From contig JBAZZD010000001.1 in the NCBI GenBank assembly GCA_041659005.1, positions 16,366 to 80,365 on the forward strand: a stretch of DNA of 64,000 nucleotides. Direction: 5' to 3'. This DNA is from Minisyncoccota bacterium. Its GTDB lineage: Bacteria > Patescibacteriota > Minisyncoccia > UBA6257 > GWB1-50-10. Below the pieces are notes generated by a model. That model did no database searches. It had not been told where the DNA came from and saw only the letters and a list, made by a program, of their open reading frames with translations. The position numbers and the translations under genes are program-made. Shown here piece by piece: positions 45,812-55,695 of this stretch (its first letter is position 1; the number at the start of each line of letters is the position of its first letter).

Positions 45812-46618
45812 TTACTTTTGATTCAACACTTCTTCCATAGCCGTCTTGAATTGTTCCACGGGCATATATCCATTAAGTGGAAGATATTGTCCATTTGGAG
45901 CAATAACAACTGAGTATGGGGTTCCTTGAAGTCCTGAATTATTTCCATCATCAATATTTGTCTGAATTAATTTATCAAACTTTCCTGAGGTCAGACACTT
46001 TTTAAAATCCTCTTGATCAATCCCAACTTCTGTTGCAAATTTTGGAAGTAGCGTTAAATCAAGACCGTCATTTGATTTTGTTGATTCAAATATTTTATCA
46101 ACATAATTCCAAAATGCATTCTCTCCGCCCAAGTTCGCAGCACATTCTGTCGCAATTGCTTCCTGTTTTGCCTGTTTATGTAACGCGGCAAGCGGAAAAT
46201 TTCTCAAAATAAATTGAATTTTTCCTGGCATTTCTTTCATAACCTGTTTCAATACGAGATGATATTCTTTGCAATATGGACACTCAAGATCAGTGAACCC
46301 AATAATTTTTATCGGTGCGCTATCTGGCCCAAGTTTGTGGTCCTTATCCGAAATTGGTCTCACATTTTTTGGCAATCGTTCGCTTGCCACATTTGGATTT
46401 TTTGCCTCATTTCCCACAACATTGTTTTCTTCGTTATTATTTCCAGTCTGTTTCCCTGCATTAAAAAATACCGCCCCCGCAATTAATGCGGCAGCAATAA
46501 GAATACTTGCGGGAAGTAAATAATCTTTATTTTTTTTCGTTTCTTTATGTTCTTCGTGTTCCATAGAAATAATTATAATATATATGACTTCTAATGCAAT
46601 AAAAGATTTTTTTATCAT
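45812..46618 (-). CDS. DsbA-like thioredoxin-fold thiol:disulfide oxidoreductase with N-terminal TM
   Basis: CPYC active site in a thioredoxin-like domain. TM anchor. Confidence 0.7.
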   Translation of the reverse strand: MIKKSFIALEVIYIIIISMEHEEHKETKKNKDYLLPASILIAAALIAGAVFFNAGKQTGNNNEENNVVGNEAKNPNVASERLPKNVRPISDKDHKLGPDSAPIKIIGFTDLECPYCKEYHLVLKQVMKEMPGKIQFILRNFPLAALHKQAKQEAIATECAANLGGENAFWNYVDKIFESTKSNDGLDLTLLPKFATEVGIDQEDFKKCLTSGKFDKLIQTNIDDGNNSGLQGTPYSVVIAPNGQYLPLNGYMPVEQFKTAMEEVLNQK

Positions 46619-46695
46619 CTACATTAAATTCAAAATATTGACAAGTTCCTCAGTTCGTTCTATTATAGAATTATCATTAATAAAAGGGAGGCAAA

Positions 46696-47094
46696 ATGCC
46701 TACTAAAAAGTTTTATTCATATAATTTTATGAATAATGTTCCAGCAAACGAATTAAAAAACAGCGCATCGGTATTCATGAATGTCCCACTCTCTAACTTT
46801 AAAAGAAGTGCGGGTTGCGCGCATGGAAGTGCTGAAAATCTACAAGAATCCGACATTGGGAAAAAATTTGATGTCGAAATATTGGATCCGGTAAAAATTG
46901 GAATTTGCACGCTAGTTGGTTTTGGATTTGATGCAATTCCAGATCCTAAATTTAGAGAAGTGTGTAAAGAAGCATCCAAAGAAGGAGACAATCCGTTTTT
47001 TGGACACCTTGTCCCAATATTTATCCAAGAAAACGAAGGGAAACAAACAATTATTGCAGTAAAAGCAATATTTTGTGATGCGACTCCGAAATAA
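46696..47094 (+). CDS. Hypothetical protein
   Basis: 132-aa ORF followed by a terminator. No family recognised. Confidence 0.35.
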   Translation: MPTKKFYSYNFMNNVPANELKNSASVFMNVPLSNFKRSAGCAHGSAENLQESDIGKKFDVEILDPVKIGICTLVGFGFDAIPDPKFREVCKEASKEGDNPFFGHLVPIFIQENEGKQTIIAVKAIFCDATPK

Positions 47095-47112
47095 AGAAAA
47101 AATCAAATCACA

Positions 47113-47142
47113 TCCCCCGCTTCCGCGGGGATTTTTATTTTA
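47113..47142 (+). terminator. Rho-independent terminator
   Basis: CCCCGCttccGCGGGG followed by ATTTTTATTTT. Confidence 0.55.
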
Positions 47143-47160
47143 TTTCCTTCTTATAAAATA

Positions 47161-47198
47161 TGATAACAGTTACCAACGGCCGTTGGTAACTGTTATCA
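47161..47198. repeat. Palindromic element copy A (perfect 38-bp palindrome)
   Basis: TGATAACAGTTACCAACGG|CCGTTGGTAACTGTTATCA. Confidence 0.9.
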
Positions 47199-47251
47199 GC
47201 CCTACTCTTAGGTAGACACTTCCGCTCAGAATCAATGAGATTGCTGTCTAA

Positions 47252-49357
47252 TTATTTTTTTCCGATTTTTATCCACCATTCGTGCGGAGATTGGCTTGTT
47301 TCGGTATATGAGCATGTTCCGCTACACGCTTCATTCTTCCCTGGACCAATTCCCCACCCTGCTCGCCCAATAGTTGGAGTATCCGTGTTCTTACTCGCAA
47401 TTTTCCACCCCATATCGGTTCCTCGATAAGCCCCAGGCACGTCAAGCCCAAACCAATATGGAACTTCTGGATCAAGTGTTATTGGATTTTCAAAACTAAG
47501 TATGACCTCGGTGCCCTGATCAATTGAAGTATAATTTCCGATCTGAGCTTTTCCGATAACCGTATCAAAATCAGGAAGTCCAGATGGAAACGACGGATAC
47601 ATAATCAGTCGTAATCCAGAGTCGTACACACTATGTTTCCACGTCTTTAGGCCAACCACATCAAATGTTGTTGTTGAATGCACCAATATATTTTGATATT
47701 CTGCCTCATCATTATCAGTATTATATGCGGGTGAATTTCCTGCGTGATATTTATAATCATCTGATTCAGTTTGGGATATGAGAACAGTTGGAGCTACTAG
47801 CCCAATACTTTCGCTAACGATTTCTGAATAATTTCCATCAGTATCTTTCGCGCGAATATGCGCATACGTCGGAAATTCCATTCCGGTAATAAATGATGTG
47901 GTTGTGTTTCCTCCAACATCTTTCCACACAAGAGAACTTGTGGCAGTTGACGAAGAAATCGCAACATCATTTACTAACCCCCCATCTCTTGAATCTAAAT
48001 CGATTGGATTATTCCATTGTAACGTTATAGAAGATTTATTTGTTGTATATTCTGATTGAATTGGTCCATTGGAAACAGGATTTTCCCCTTTATTTTCTTC
48101 TGAATTAAAATAGTATCGCGTTGCATCACGAGTTATTGGATTAAAATATCGTTCCGACGCCGTAAGATCCAATGAATAAAATGCAAATGTTACATAATCA
48201 CTTGGCAAAAACTGCATTTGTCCCTCTGGCAGAACTGGTTTTAAAATAATCACATTATCTTCGGTATAATTTATGCTGTAATTTCCTGATCCTGGCCCGT
48301 ATCCAAGACAATTTCCGGCTCCTCCTGGGAATACCACATCTTTTGTCTGCGACTCATATCCATGACATCCAGGAAATCTAAGCGTGAGCGTATCGGGTAA
48401 ATTTTCAAATTCTTTTGTTTGTCCAGTAAGCTCTGCGTCTTTATTAAAGTACACCACTAATTTTCGTTCATGATTCTGGTCATTAAAATCAGGTATGAAC
48501 GGATATTGTTCTGTGGTTAATTCAATAATTGGTTCACTATTTCGCGTTCCAAAATATACCTGACCCACATAACTTGGTACTGAAATAGAAATGTCTACAG
48601 GAGCGGAACACGCATAATCACGATCGCACGCCTTTAATTGAAATGAATAGTCTTTTCCAACATACAGAGGAACATATGAAAATGTGGTTGAAGCGGTATG
48701 TACAATTTGCGTTGTGCTTGTACCAGAAACCAGCGTGACATCATACCACGCACCATTTCCCTCACTATCCGTTGACGTGCTCCACGAAAAATTAATTACA
48801 TTGCTATTTTGAATATATTCAGCGTATGTCTCTTTTCCATTTTGTTTTTCAGGGGGCGGTGGGGCATCACGTGGCTCGATCATGCTTGCACCATTTTGTG
48901 GAGTTGGATTATCTCGTACTTCAAAATCCGAATGCATAAGTTCCGTGTCGCATGCATTTCCTTGAAATTCTCCCGAACCATTTGTGATTGCAGAGGCACA
49001 CATATTTCCATTCCACGCACGTCGCTCAAGTGACTTTCCATTTGATAAATCAAAGTCTTTGTAATTTACAAAATCAACAACATCAACATCATTTACTGAC
49101 TCAATTTTCTCGTCATTTTTTACCAAAAATACGAGTCCGCCAGTTTGCGCACTAGACATTGAAAATGTGCGATGGGAAAGATCGGGCGTGGTTGATGCAC
49201 TATATCCATCGTCTCCATTAACACTTAGTCCACGCGCGATAAGAAAATATACTTCTCCACGAATTGAGGAGGATGCAATAAAATTTTTCTTAGAAACCGT
49301 CTCGGGTGTTATTTCCTCTGCTAATCCAGACGCATATTGAATTGACCATCCAGTCAT
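47252..49357 (-). CDS. Large Ser/Thr/Asn-rich putative surface protein
   Basis: 701 aa. beta-rich low-complexity composition. Directly downstream (different frame) of the LTD/PKD protein. Confidence 0.5.
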   Translation of the reverse strand: MTGWSIQYASGLAEEITPETVSKKNFIASSSIRGEVYFLIARGLSVNGDDGYSASTTPDLSHRTFSMSSAQTGGLVFLVKNDEKIESVNDVDVVDFVNYKDFDLSNGKSLERRAWNGNMCASAITNGSGEFQGNACDTELMHSDFEVRDNPTPQNGASMIEPRDAPPPPEKQNGKETYAEYIQNSNVINFSWSTSTDSEGNGAWYDVTLVSGTSTTQIVHTASTTFSYVPLYVGKDYSFQLKACDRDYACSAPVDISISVPSYVGQVYFGTRNSEPIIELTTEQYPFIPDFNDQNHERKLVVYFNKDAELTGQTKEFENLPDTLTLRFPGCHGYESQTKDVVFPGGAGNCLGYGPGSGNYSINYTEDNVIILKPVLPEGQMQFLPSDYVTFAFYSLDLTASERYFNPITRDATRYYFNSEENKGENPVSNGPIQSEYTTNKSSITLQWNNPIDLDSRDGGLVNDVAISSSTATSSLVWKDVGGNTTTSFITGMEFPTYAHIRAKDTDGNYSEIVSESIGLVAPTVLISQTESDDYKYHAGNSPAYNTDNDEAEYQNILVHSTTTFDVVGLKTWKHSVYDSGLRLIMYPSFPSGLPDFDTVIGKAQIGNYTSIDQGTEVILSFENPITLDPEVPYWFGLDVPGAYRGTDMGWKIASKNTDTPTIGRAGWGIGPGKNEACSGTCSYTETSQSPHEWWIKIGKK

Positions 49358-49448
49358 ATCAATGGTGCTTGTGCTTGGATTGTATAGCTCAATAAATTCA
49401 TCCCCCGCATCTACTCCTCCATACTGAATTTCAGAAATTACTATGTGA

Positions 49449-51731
49449 TCAGCTTTCCTCCCCCCCGCTTGGTTCTATTGATACCGTAGTAGTCGCAAGT
49501 GTATATTCATCTTCATTGTCATACACGCTAACTTCAGCGATATAAGTTCCAACAGTAGAATAGGTATGCTCTGTTGTGTTTATCACCGACGTAAATTCTG
49601 TCTCATCGCCAAATTTCCATATATATTTTTCAATTATTCCATCGGGATCAGTTGAAGATGCAAACAGTGTTACCACATCGCGTTCCTTTGGTTCGCCTGG
49701 GGTAAATGAGAATTCAACAATTGGTTTTTGATTTGTATGTGGCGGAGTATATTTATTTTCTTCTCCTGGTGTTGGCGTTGACGGATACCAAGAATTCGCA
49801 ATCTTCTGTAATGAATTTCCATCGCCATTCGCACCATACGAACTAAAATATTCTGCCTCTCCTAAATTGCGAACATTTCCAAACATCGCAAGTGTATCGC
49901 GAGTATTTGAAAGGGCCATGGCGCTTTTCCACAACGAACCAACATAATTGGGGAAATTTTCTAAAAATTTCTCTGGCGAATTCGCAATAACTCCATATTC
50001 ATGTGACACAAGAACATCATTCCCACGCCATAACGAGAGGGCATGCTTTTGTCCTGATTCTACAAACCGAAGATTCTTTATTGTCACCGTTGAAGTTCCC
50101 GAGTTATATATTTCTACCCATTCACTCCCCGTATCACTTCCCACCGCATTATACATAATCTCCGTGATATCAATTTTTACGTTTGGATATTCGTCAGTCA
50201 CAACATATGCGCCACCAGAACCGCCGCTTGATGCCGCTCGCGTAGTTGTATTACCTGCTGTCTGCGTTGACGTCGCGACGGTCGTAGTGGTGATGGTCGT
50301 CGTTGTAATTGTTGTGGTTGTGATTATCTGCTGAGCTGCCTCAGTTGTTGTCGCAATAAATTCAGATCGAATTGGTCTTTCAAAAACTACTTCTTGTTGT
50401 GGTTGTATTTCTAATTGTGTCTGCATCTCCTGTTGTTCTTCTGGTTGCTCTACCAACTCCACATTATTTTCTTTATTTACCAATTCTTCGTTTGTGTTAT
50501 CTATTATTATTTCTGGAATAATTGTTTCACTATCAGAAACAACCAAATTAGATGACGCATCATTTTTTGTCTTTTGTTGAGGATCTCCACTTATGAGCGA
50601 AATGATTGCGTCAGAAACGGTTCCAAATAATTCCGCAACCGCATTAAATGCGCGCCCCGCCTCACCAATAAATGAAAATGCTGGCGTACGAAATGCATGC
50701 CGATCAATTCCTAAAATATGTGGTGCGAACTCATTCGCAATTTTCTGATCCTCCCCCTGCTTCAAAAATAATTCAATTACTCCCGCGCCGCCCTGAACTG
50801 CTTTTGATGCAAGCCGAGAAAAATATGAACCGAGAATAATTTTACTTTCAGAAAAAATTAATTCCTTTTTTAGTGAAACGGTATCGCTATTTTTTCTTTT
50901 AACCTCGGCTATTTTGAATTTTTCTCCCTTTTCATTAATCACATATGCATAATTTCCATCAGTATTAACAACTTTCGGATTTTCATATTTTGGATCGTTA
51001 ATCGTATCTTTTGAAAAGAAATATTTATTTGAGTATTCCGCCATTGCACCTAACGAATCCTGAATTGTCGCGAACGAAACTACTGGCTTTCCTTCTTTTA
51101 TAAGCACCTCGGGAATATGTAAATTTTTAATTGAACTACTATTCCACACAACAGCGTACGCCTCATAGGGAGAGCCCTCGTCTCCCGTCACTTCCTTGAG
51201 TGGCGCATGTGAATCATTCCGCGTATGATCGGGCATCGCCATATCTTCGAACAAGTGAAGCGCATGTCCCAATGCTTTCATTGCTGCTTCTCTGTCGTTT
51301 TTTGCATATGCTTGAAGTCCAGTTCTCCACGAATTGTCTCCTCCATATCGCACATAATCATACTGCGCCAGGTCGTTCACCGCCCATTCAGGTACCGAAA
51401 GTGGCTCTCGCGAGATAATCCCCACACGAGCAAATGCTTGTGTTGCAAGTGCTGGAGTATCCCCTTGGTGTTCCCCTGTCCATCCCTCATTTCTCACAGG
51501 ATCATAAAAATGATTCACCCATCGAGGTGTAATGTCCTCATTTTTACTTCCTTCAATAATCAGTTTCTGATCACTTTCAGAAATTTTTGTGTCAGGATGC
51601 GTGAGATTATAAAATCTCAAAATTTCCTGAGTGAGTGCAGGATGAGTAGTGTCGTCGTCATACGCAAATACAGAAGGTACTGAGCACAGAAATATTCCCA
51701 AGAAAACAAACAAAGTTTTCCTAAAATTCAT
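49449..51731 (-). CDS. Secreted large protein with lamin-tail-domain (LTD)-like and PKD-like regions and a Thr-rich linker
   Basis: Signal peptide MNFRKTLFVFLGIFLCSVPSVFA. TTTITTTTITTTTV linker. LTD-like ITEIMYNAVGSDTGSEWVEIYNSG. C-terminal PKD-like DPDGIIEKYIWKFGD. Confidence 0.6.
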   Translation of the reverse strand: MNFRKTLFVFLGIFLCSVPSVFAYDDDTTHPALTQEILRFYNLTHPDTKISESDQKLIIEGSKNEDITPRWVNHFYDPVRNEGWTGEHQGDTPALATQAFARVGIISREPLSVPEWAVNDLAQYDYVRYGGDNSWRTGLQAYAKNDREAAMKALGHALHLFEDMAMPDHTRNDSHAPLKEVTGDEGSPYEAYAVVWNSSSIKNLHIPEVLIKEGKPVVSFATIQDSLGAMAEYSNKYFFSKDTINDPKYENPKVVNTDGNYAYVINEKGEKFKIAEVKRKNSDTVSLKKELIFSESKIILGSYFSRLASKAVQGGAGVIELFLKQGEDQKIANEFAPHILGIDRHAFRTPAFSFIGEAGRAFNAVAELFGTVSDAIISLISGDPQQKTKNDASSNLVVSDSETIIPEIIIDNTNEELVNKENNVELVEQPEEQQEMQTQLEIQPQQEVVFERPIRSEFIATTTEAAQQIITTTTITTTTITTTTVATSTQTAGNTTTRAASSGGSGGAYVVTDEYPNVKIDITEIMYNAVGSDTGSEWVEIYNSGTSTVTIKNLRFVESGQKHALSLWRGNDVLVSHEYGVIANSPEKFLENFPNYVGSLWKSAMALSNTRDTLAMFGNVRNLGEAEYFSSYGANGDGNSLQKIANSWYPSTPTPGEENKYTPPHTNQKPIVEFSFTPGEPKERDVVTLFASSTDPDGIIEKYIWKFGDETEFTSVINTTEHTYSTVGTYIAEVSVYDNEDEYTLATTTVSIEPSGGEES

Positions 51732-51746
51732 TGTTGTGTAATTAAA

Positions 51747-52265
51747 TTAGATTTCTATAATTTTCCAAATTCCGTTCGGATACAGTTTCAAATTTAAAAG
51801 TATATCTCCATTGAAACCAAATCGCTGATTCTCTTGAGAATAAATTCCATCATTATTCAAAATCTTTTTGATTTCCGAAATATATATATTTACTTCTTGT
51901 TTCTCTGATTTTTTTAGTTTTTCTAGCTCTTTCTGTTGTCTTGTCCCAATAAAATACTTACTCGCAAGTTCATAGTCCCCTTTTTCAACTGCAGAAATAT
52001 AGAGAGAAAGTGTCTCCTGTGGAGTCTTCCCACCATAAGTATCTTTCATCGCCTCTTCATAATCCGCTTTTTGAATATCAAGAATCACTTGGTTTAGCTG
52101 ATCCACTGCCCGCATGTTCTGCCATCTATCATATTCAGCGAGTAAAAAGATCACAGCAACAACTGTAATGATAATCAGTATAAAAATCACAAATTTCCGC
52201 ACTGCTTTTGTAGATTGTGAAGGTTGTGGGAGGGGTTGAAGTATTTTTTGTATTTCTGGATTCAT
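51747..52265 (-). CDS. Membrane-anchored hypothetical protein
   Basis: 172 aa, single N-terminal TM. Confidence 0.4.
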   Translation of the reverse strand: MNPEIQKILQPLPQPSQSTKAVRKFVIFILIIITVVAVIFLLAEYDRWQNMRAVDQLNQVILDIQKADYEEAMKDTYGGKTPQETLSLYISAVEKGDYELASKYFIGTRQQKELEKLKKSEKQEVNIYISEIKKILNNDGIYSQENQRFGFNGDILLNLKLYPNGIWKIIEI

Positions 52266-52271
52266 AAAAAG

Positions 52272-52517
52272 TTATTTGTTAGTTTGTTCCTCGCTTGCCA
52301 TCGGAAGAAACTGAGTTGTGCGCGTATCATTTAATACATTATCAATTTTTGCCTGTTGATTTTGCTCATACACAGAAATTGAATAAAGCCCCGTTATCGC
52401 AAACGAAACGATTCCCAAAAATCCAATAACAAAATACCAATACGCGGATCTGCGATGATGGTTAAGATCAAGTGTATTCACACTTGGAAGTTGTGGAGGA
52501 ATAATAAAAGTTTCCAT
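52272..52517 (-). CDS. Small membrane protein
   Basis: 81 aa, one TM. Confidence 0.35.
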   Translation of the reverse strand: METFIIPPQLPSVNTLDLNHHRRSAYWYFVIGFLGIVSFAITGLYSISVYEQNQQAKIDNVLNDTRTTQFLPMASEEQTNK

Positions 52518-52610
52518 AAAAAACGAACACGATTTACATGTTCGTTGTTCTTTCTTATTTTTATTGTATCAAAAAAAATATTTCATTTTTTATTATTCCT
52601 GTGGATAACT

Positions 52611-52726
52611 TAGGACTCGCAAAGATTGTAAACTTTTTTGAGCCCGCTCCATATATCGACAAGCCGACTTGTCGATATATAGGCCGCTTGGCCAAGTCCT
52701 AGTCTCAAAAAAATTTACAATCTTTT
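52611..52726. repeat. Complex nested inverted-repeat region with perfect 13-bp-arm palindrome core (52651-52680)
   Basis: ATATATCGACAAGccgaCTTGTCGATATAT at the centre. Flanking modules TAGGACT and AAAGATTGTAAAyTTTTTTGAG present in both orientations. Confidence 0.6.
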
Positions 52727-52949
52727 CTCGTTGGGGAAAATGGAGACTTGGGGATTTAGTCTCCTTACGCAGAAATATTTGCTCATTTTAAAAAAAGAAA
52801 AAATCTTAGTCTCCAAAAATCTATAACCCTCTCTCGTTTGTAAGGTAAAGATTTTATAATTCAATCTCCTCATCAAATCTGTTGAAGTCCGACTTCAACA
52901 GATTGTCTCAATAGATCGGAAAGTAATAAAAAGACCCCATAGCGAGGTC

Positions 52950-53426
52950 TTACTCTTTATTAGCACCGAGAGATATGAGTTCCGAGAATAAATCCATTGA
53001 TGTTCGTCCTTCAACTTTAGAGACAAGAGATGAATCAACTTCGCGCTCGTTCCAAGTAAGCGACGTTGGTCCTCCCATAACGTCCATAACAGTGGAAATT
53101 CCACGCTCCTCATCAGTTCTTAGGAGAACACCAATCGCATAGACATTAGGAGCAATTGGCCACCGCACTACTTGTCTCCCCTTCAATGCATCGGGAAACA
53201 TTTCCTGAATAAACGCTTTTTTTATTATATGTTTCTTAATTTTCTTCAATAATTCCTTTAGAAAGCCGGTCGCCATAATAATTGGAATCACGAGAAGAAT
53301 CTTAAAAATAAAATTGTCCGTAATAATTCCCAATGGACCCGAAATAATATTCCAAAAAAGATAGATGAGTGCCACCATTATCCATGGAACTAACCCACCT
53401 CGAAAATATCTAATTAAAATTTTCAT
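52950..53426 (-). CDS. Multi-TM membrane protein, hypothetical
   Basis: 158 aa, about 3 TM helices. Confidence 0.4.
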   Translation of the reverse strand: MKILIRYFRGGLVPWIMVALIYLFWNIISGPLGIITDNFIFKILLVIPIIMATGFLKELLKKIKKHIIKKAFIQEMFPDALKGRQVVRWPIAPNVYAIGVLLRTDEERGISTVMDVMGGPTSLTWNEREVDSSLVSKVEGRTSMDLFSELISLGANKE

Positions 53427-53515
53427 CGTTCTACACTCCTTTCAATTTTTAAAATGCTGTGCATACTATGCATTTTATTTGATAAATATGCAAATTAGGG
53501 TAGTATGAAAGCGTT

Positions 53516-54841
53516 ATGGGAATTCACAAAAAATCCCTTCTCCTCATTGGGGATATCATCGTGCTCTATATAGCACTTGCGGGTACACTCCTCGTTCGAT
53601 ATCGCAATATCGGCCTATTTAAAGAGAACTGGAGCCTACACATCGCCCCATTCTCCATAATCTTCATCCTGTGGATCATTGTGTTTTACTGGACCGATCT
53701 CTACCGCTATAAAGCGTTCAGGAGCCGCGAATGGCTACTAAAGGCACTATCAGGCGGGATTATACTCTCAGCAGGACTTTCAATAATTTTCTTCTATCTA
53801 TTTCCTACCGTTTTTGGAGTCATGCCAAAAACAAACCTCCTTATTTTTAGTGCTGTTTCTTTTTTTCTTTTGTATTTTTGGCGAATGCGCATTCGAACGT
53901 TATTCGTAAAAAATGCAGCAAACACTATTGTGCTCGGTAATACCCCACTCCTTTCTTCCACTGTTCAATTTTTAAAAGAAAACCCACAAATCGGATTTAA
54001 CGTTACCGAATGGATTCAGGTAGTAACAAAAGAAGCACTTGAATCTCTCCCAACAAAAATAACACAAACTGATTCGCATCTTATTGTTGTACAAAAAAAC
54101 GCATTAACCGATCCAAAAACACTTTCAGCACTCTATAAACTTCTTCCACTTGAAACATCCGTAATGACTTTTTCAAATTTTTACGAAGCGGTTTTTGAAA
54201 AGGAACCAATAGAAGAACTCAACGAAAGCTGGTTCATTGAACACATCACCGTTCGCAGACCACTCTACGATATGGTAAAACGCACAACTGACATTGTTGC
54301 CGCAATTATGATGATTATTATTTTCATTCTCCCATCCATATTTATCGCATTATTTATAAAACTCTCATCGAGTGGGAAAATTATTTATTCACAAATACGC
54401 ATAGGAAAAAATAATATTCCATTCACACTCTACAAATTTAGGAGTATGCGGGCAGATGCCGAAAAAGATGGCGCACAATGGTCAAAAGAAAATGACAATC
54501 GCACTACAAAAATTGGAAAATTTTTACGATACACACATCTTGATGAACTTCCACAAACATGGAATATACTCCGCGGAGATATCTCGCTTGTTGGCCCTCG
54601 TCCTGAACGCCCAGAATTTACTAAAACACTTGAAAAAGAAATTCCGTTTTACAACATTCGCCACATCATCCGCCCAGGATTCACCGGACACGCACAGGTA
54701 AATTATCGTTATGGCGCATCGGTAGAAGATTCAAAAGAAAAGCTCGCATACGACATTTATTACATAAAACATCGCTCAACTATTACCGACAATTTCATTG
54801 TCCTCAAAACAGTGAAAATGATATTCGTAAAACTTATTTAA
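53516..54841 (+). CDS. Polyprenyl-phosphate sugar phosphotransferase (WbaP/EpsL-like bacterial sugar transferase)
   Basis: N-terminal TM region. C-terminal domain YKFRSMRADAE..LDELPQ..NILRGDISLVGPRPERPEF (PF02397-type). Confidence 0.8.
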   Translation: MGIHKKSLLLIGDIIVLYIALAGTLLVRYRNIGLFKENWSLHIAPFSIIFILWIIVFYWTDLYRYKAFRSREWLLKALSGGIILSAGLSIIFFYLFPTVFGVMPKTNLLIFSAVSFFLLYFWRMRIRTLFVKNAANTIVLGNTPLLSSTVQFLKENPQIGFNVTEWIQVVTKEALESLPTKITQTDSHLIVVQKNALTDPKTLSALYKLLPLETSVMTFSNFYEAVFEKEPIEELNESWFIEHITVRRPLYDMVKRTTDIVAAIMMIIIFILPSIFIALFIKLSSSGKIIYSQIRIGKNNIPFTLYKFRSMRADAEKDGAQWSKENDNRTTKIGKFLRYTHLDELPQTWNILRGDISLVGPRPERPEFTKTLEKEIPFYNIRHIIRPGFTGHAQVNYRYGASVEDSKEKLAYDIYYIKHRSTITDNFIVLKTVKMIFVKLI

Positions 54842-54872
54842 AAATATTTCAATAAAGTCTTATATCCCAAAA

Positions 54873-54910
54873 TGATAACAGTTACCAACGACCGTCGGTA
54901 ACTGTTATCA
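54873..54910. repeat. Palindromic element copy B
   Basis: TGATAACAGTTACCAACGACCGTCGGTAACTGTTATCA (one mismatch in the stem). Confidence 0.9.
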
Positions 54911-54924
54911 TTTAGCATTAATGT

Positions 54925-55518
54925 TTATTTAGTTACTGTCCCTCGTTTTGTTACCTCAAATACATGAACGTAATTAAATATTCCTAAGTCATAAAGATCC
55001 TCGATGAAATTTTTGGGGATTTTTTTATTTCCAATCCATACACTTTGCTGTAAAAGCGAAAACCCCATTTCCTTTAACGTCTCGCGGATCCAACTCCGTT
55101 TTTCTTTTATCTTCTCTGGTATATCAAATGCAACAATAGTATAATTTTTCTGATTCTCACATAAATATTCCCTTGGTTTTTTCTTTCGTATTTCCTTTAT
55201 TGAGTCCCTTCCATCCCCCGACAGTTTCCACTTCTTGCTTTTTCGTTCTACGAGTCCCTGTTTTTCAAGGCTAAGAAGTACGTTATAAAACGAAATTTTT
55301 GTATTCCTCGGTATTTTTATCTCTTTTTTATTTTTTATAGGAACTCCAAAATAAGCATGGGCATAACGATTATGCATATCAGTCGGATTGAGGAAAATAT
55401 TTGCGAAAATTTCAGCAGTAGAAAATGCACCCTCCTTCAAAACTTCTAAGACGAGGTGTGACTTCGTTCCCCATCTTTTTTTCTTTTTTATTGAAATTAA
55501 TTTTTTATCCATAATCAT
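54925..55518 (-). CDS. Winged-helix DNA-binding protein with C-terminal Cas2/VapD-like ferredoxin-fold domain (PaaX-like architecture)
   Basis: wHTH-like LVLEVLKEGAFSTAEIFANIF..LSLEKQGLVERK. C-terminal TIVAFDIPEKIKEKRSWIRETLKEMGFSLLQQSVWIG resembles the Cas2 beta1-alpha1-beta2 core (YDV..R..v...L...G.RvQ.SVf). Confidence 0.45.
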   Translation of the reverse strand: MIMDKKLISIKKKKRWGTKSHLVLEVLKEGAFSTAEIFANIFLNPTDMHNRYAHAYFGVPIKNKKEIKIPRNTKISFYNVLLSLEKQGLVERKSKKWKLSGDGRDSIKEIRKKKPREYLCENQKNYTIVAFDIPEKIKEKRSWIRETLKEMGFSLLQQSVWIGNKKIPKNFIEDLYDLGIFNYVHVFEVTKRGTVTK

Positions 55519-55550
55519 TTTCTTTGTTTTCTTTATTTCAGTATACCACA

Positions 55551-55592
55551 GGTGATAACAGTTACCGACGACCGTCGGTAACTGTTATCACC
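55551..55592. repeat. Palindromic element copy C (perfect 20-bp arms, AC centre)
   Basis: GGTGATAACAGTTACCGACGacCGTCGGTAACTGTTATCACC. Confidence 0.9.
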
Positions 55593-55695
55593 CCCTGTTG
55601 TGTATATATTAATTAATTTTTTATGAAGAATAAACAAGAATCAGATAAAGCAAGGGTGGAATTTTAGAGAAAAATAGGTACAATGGGATATATCT

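Noticed and set aside
49358-49448. Simple read-through fusion of the two giant surface-protein ORFs
   Set aside because: The two ORFs are in different reading frames (start positions differ mod 3) and are separated by 91 bp, so a single in-frame gene is excluded without invoking a sequencing indel.
54925-55518. Cas2-like domain as evidence of a CRISPR-Cas locus
   Set aside because: No cas1, no other cas genes and no CRISPR array in the window. The domain is fused to a wHTH, fitting PaaX-like regulators rather than adaptation modules.
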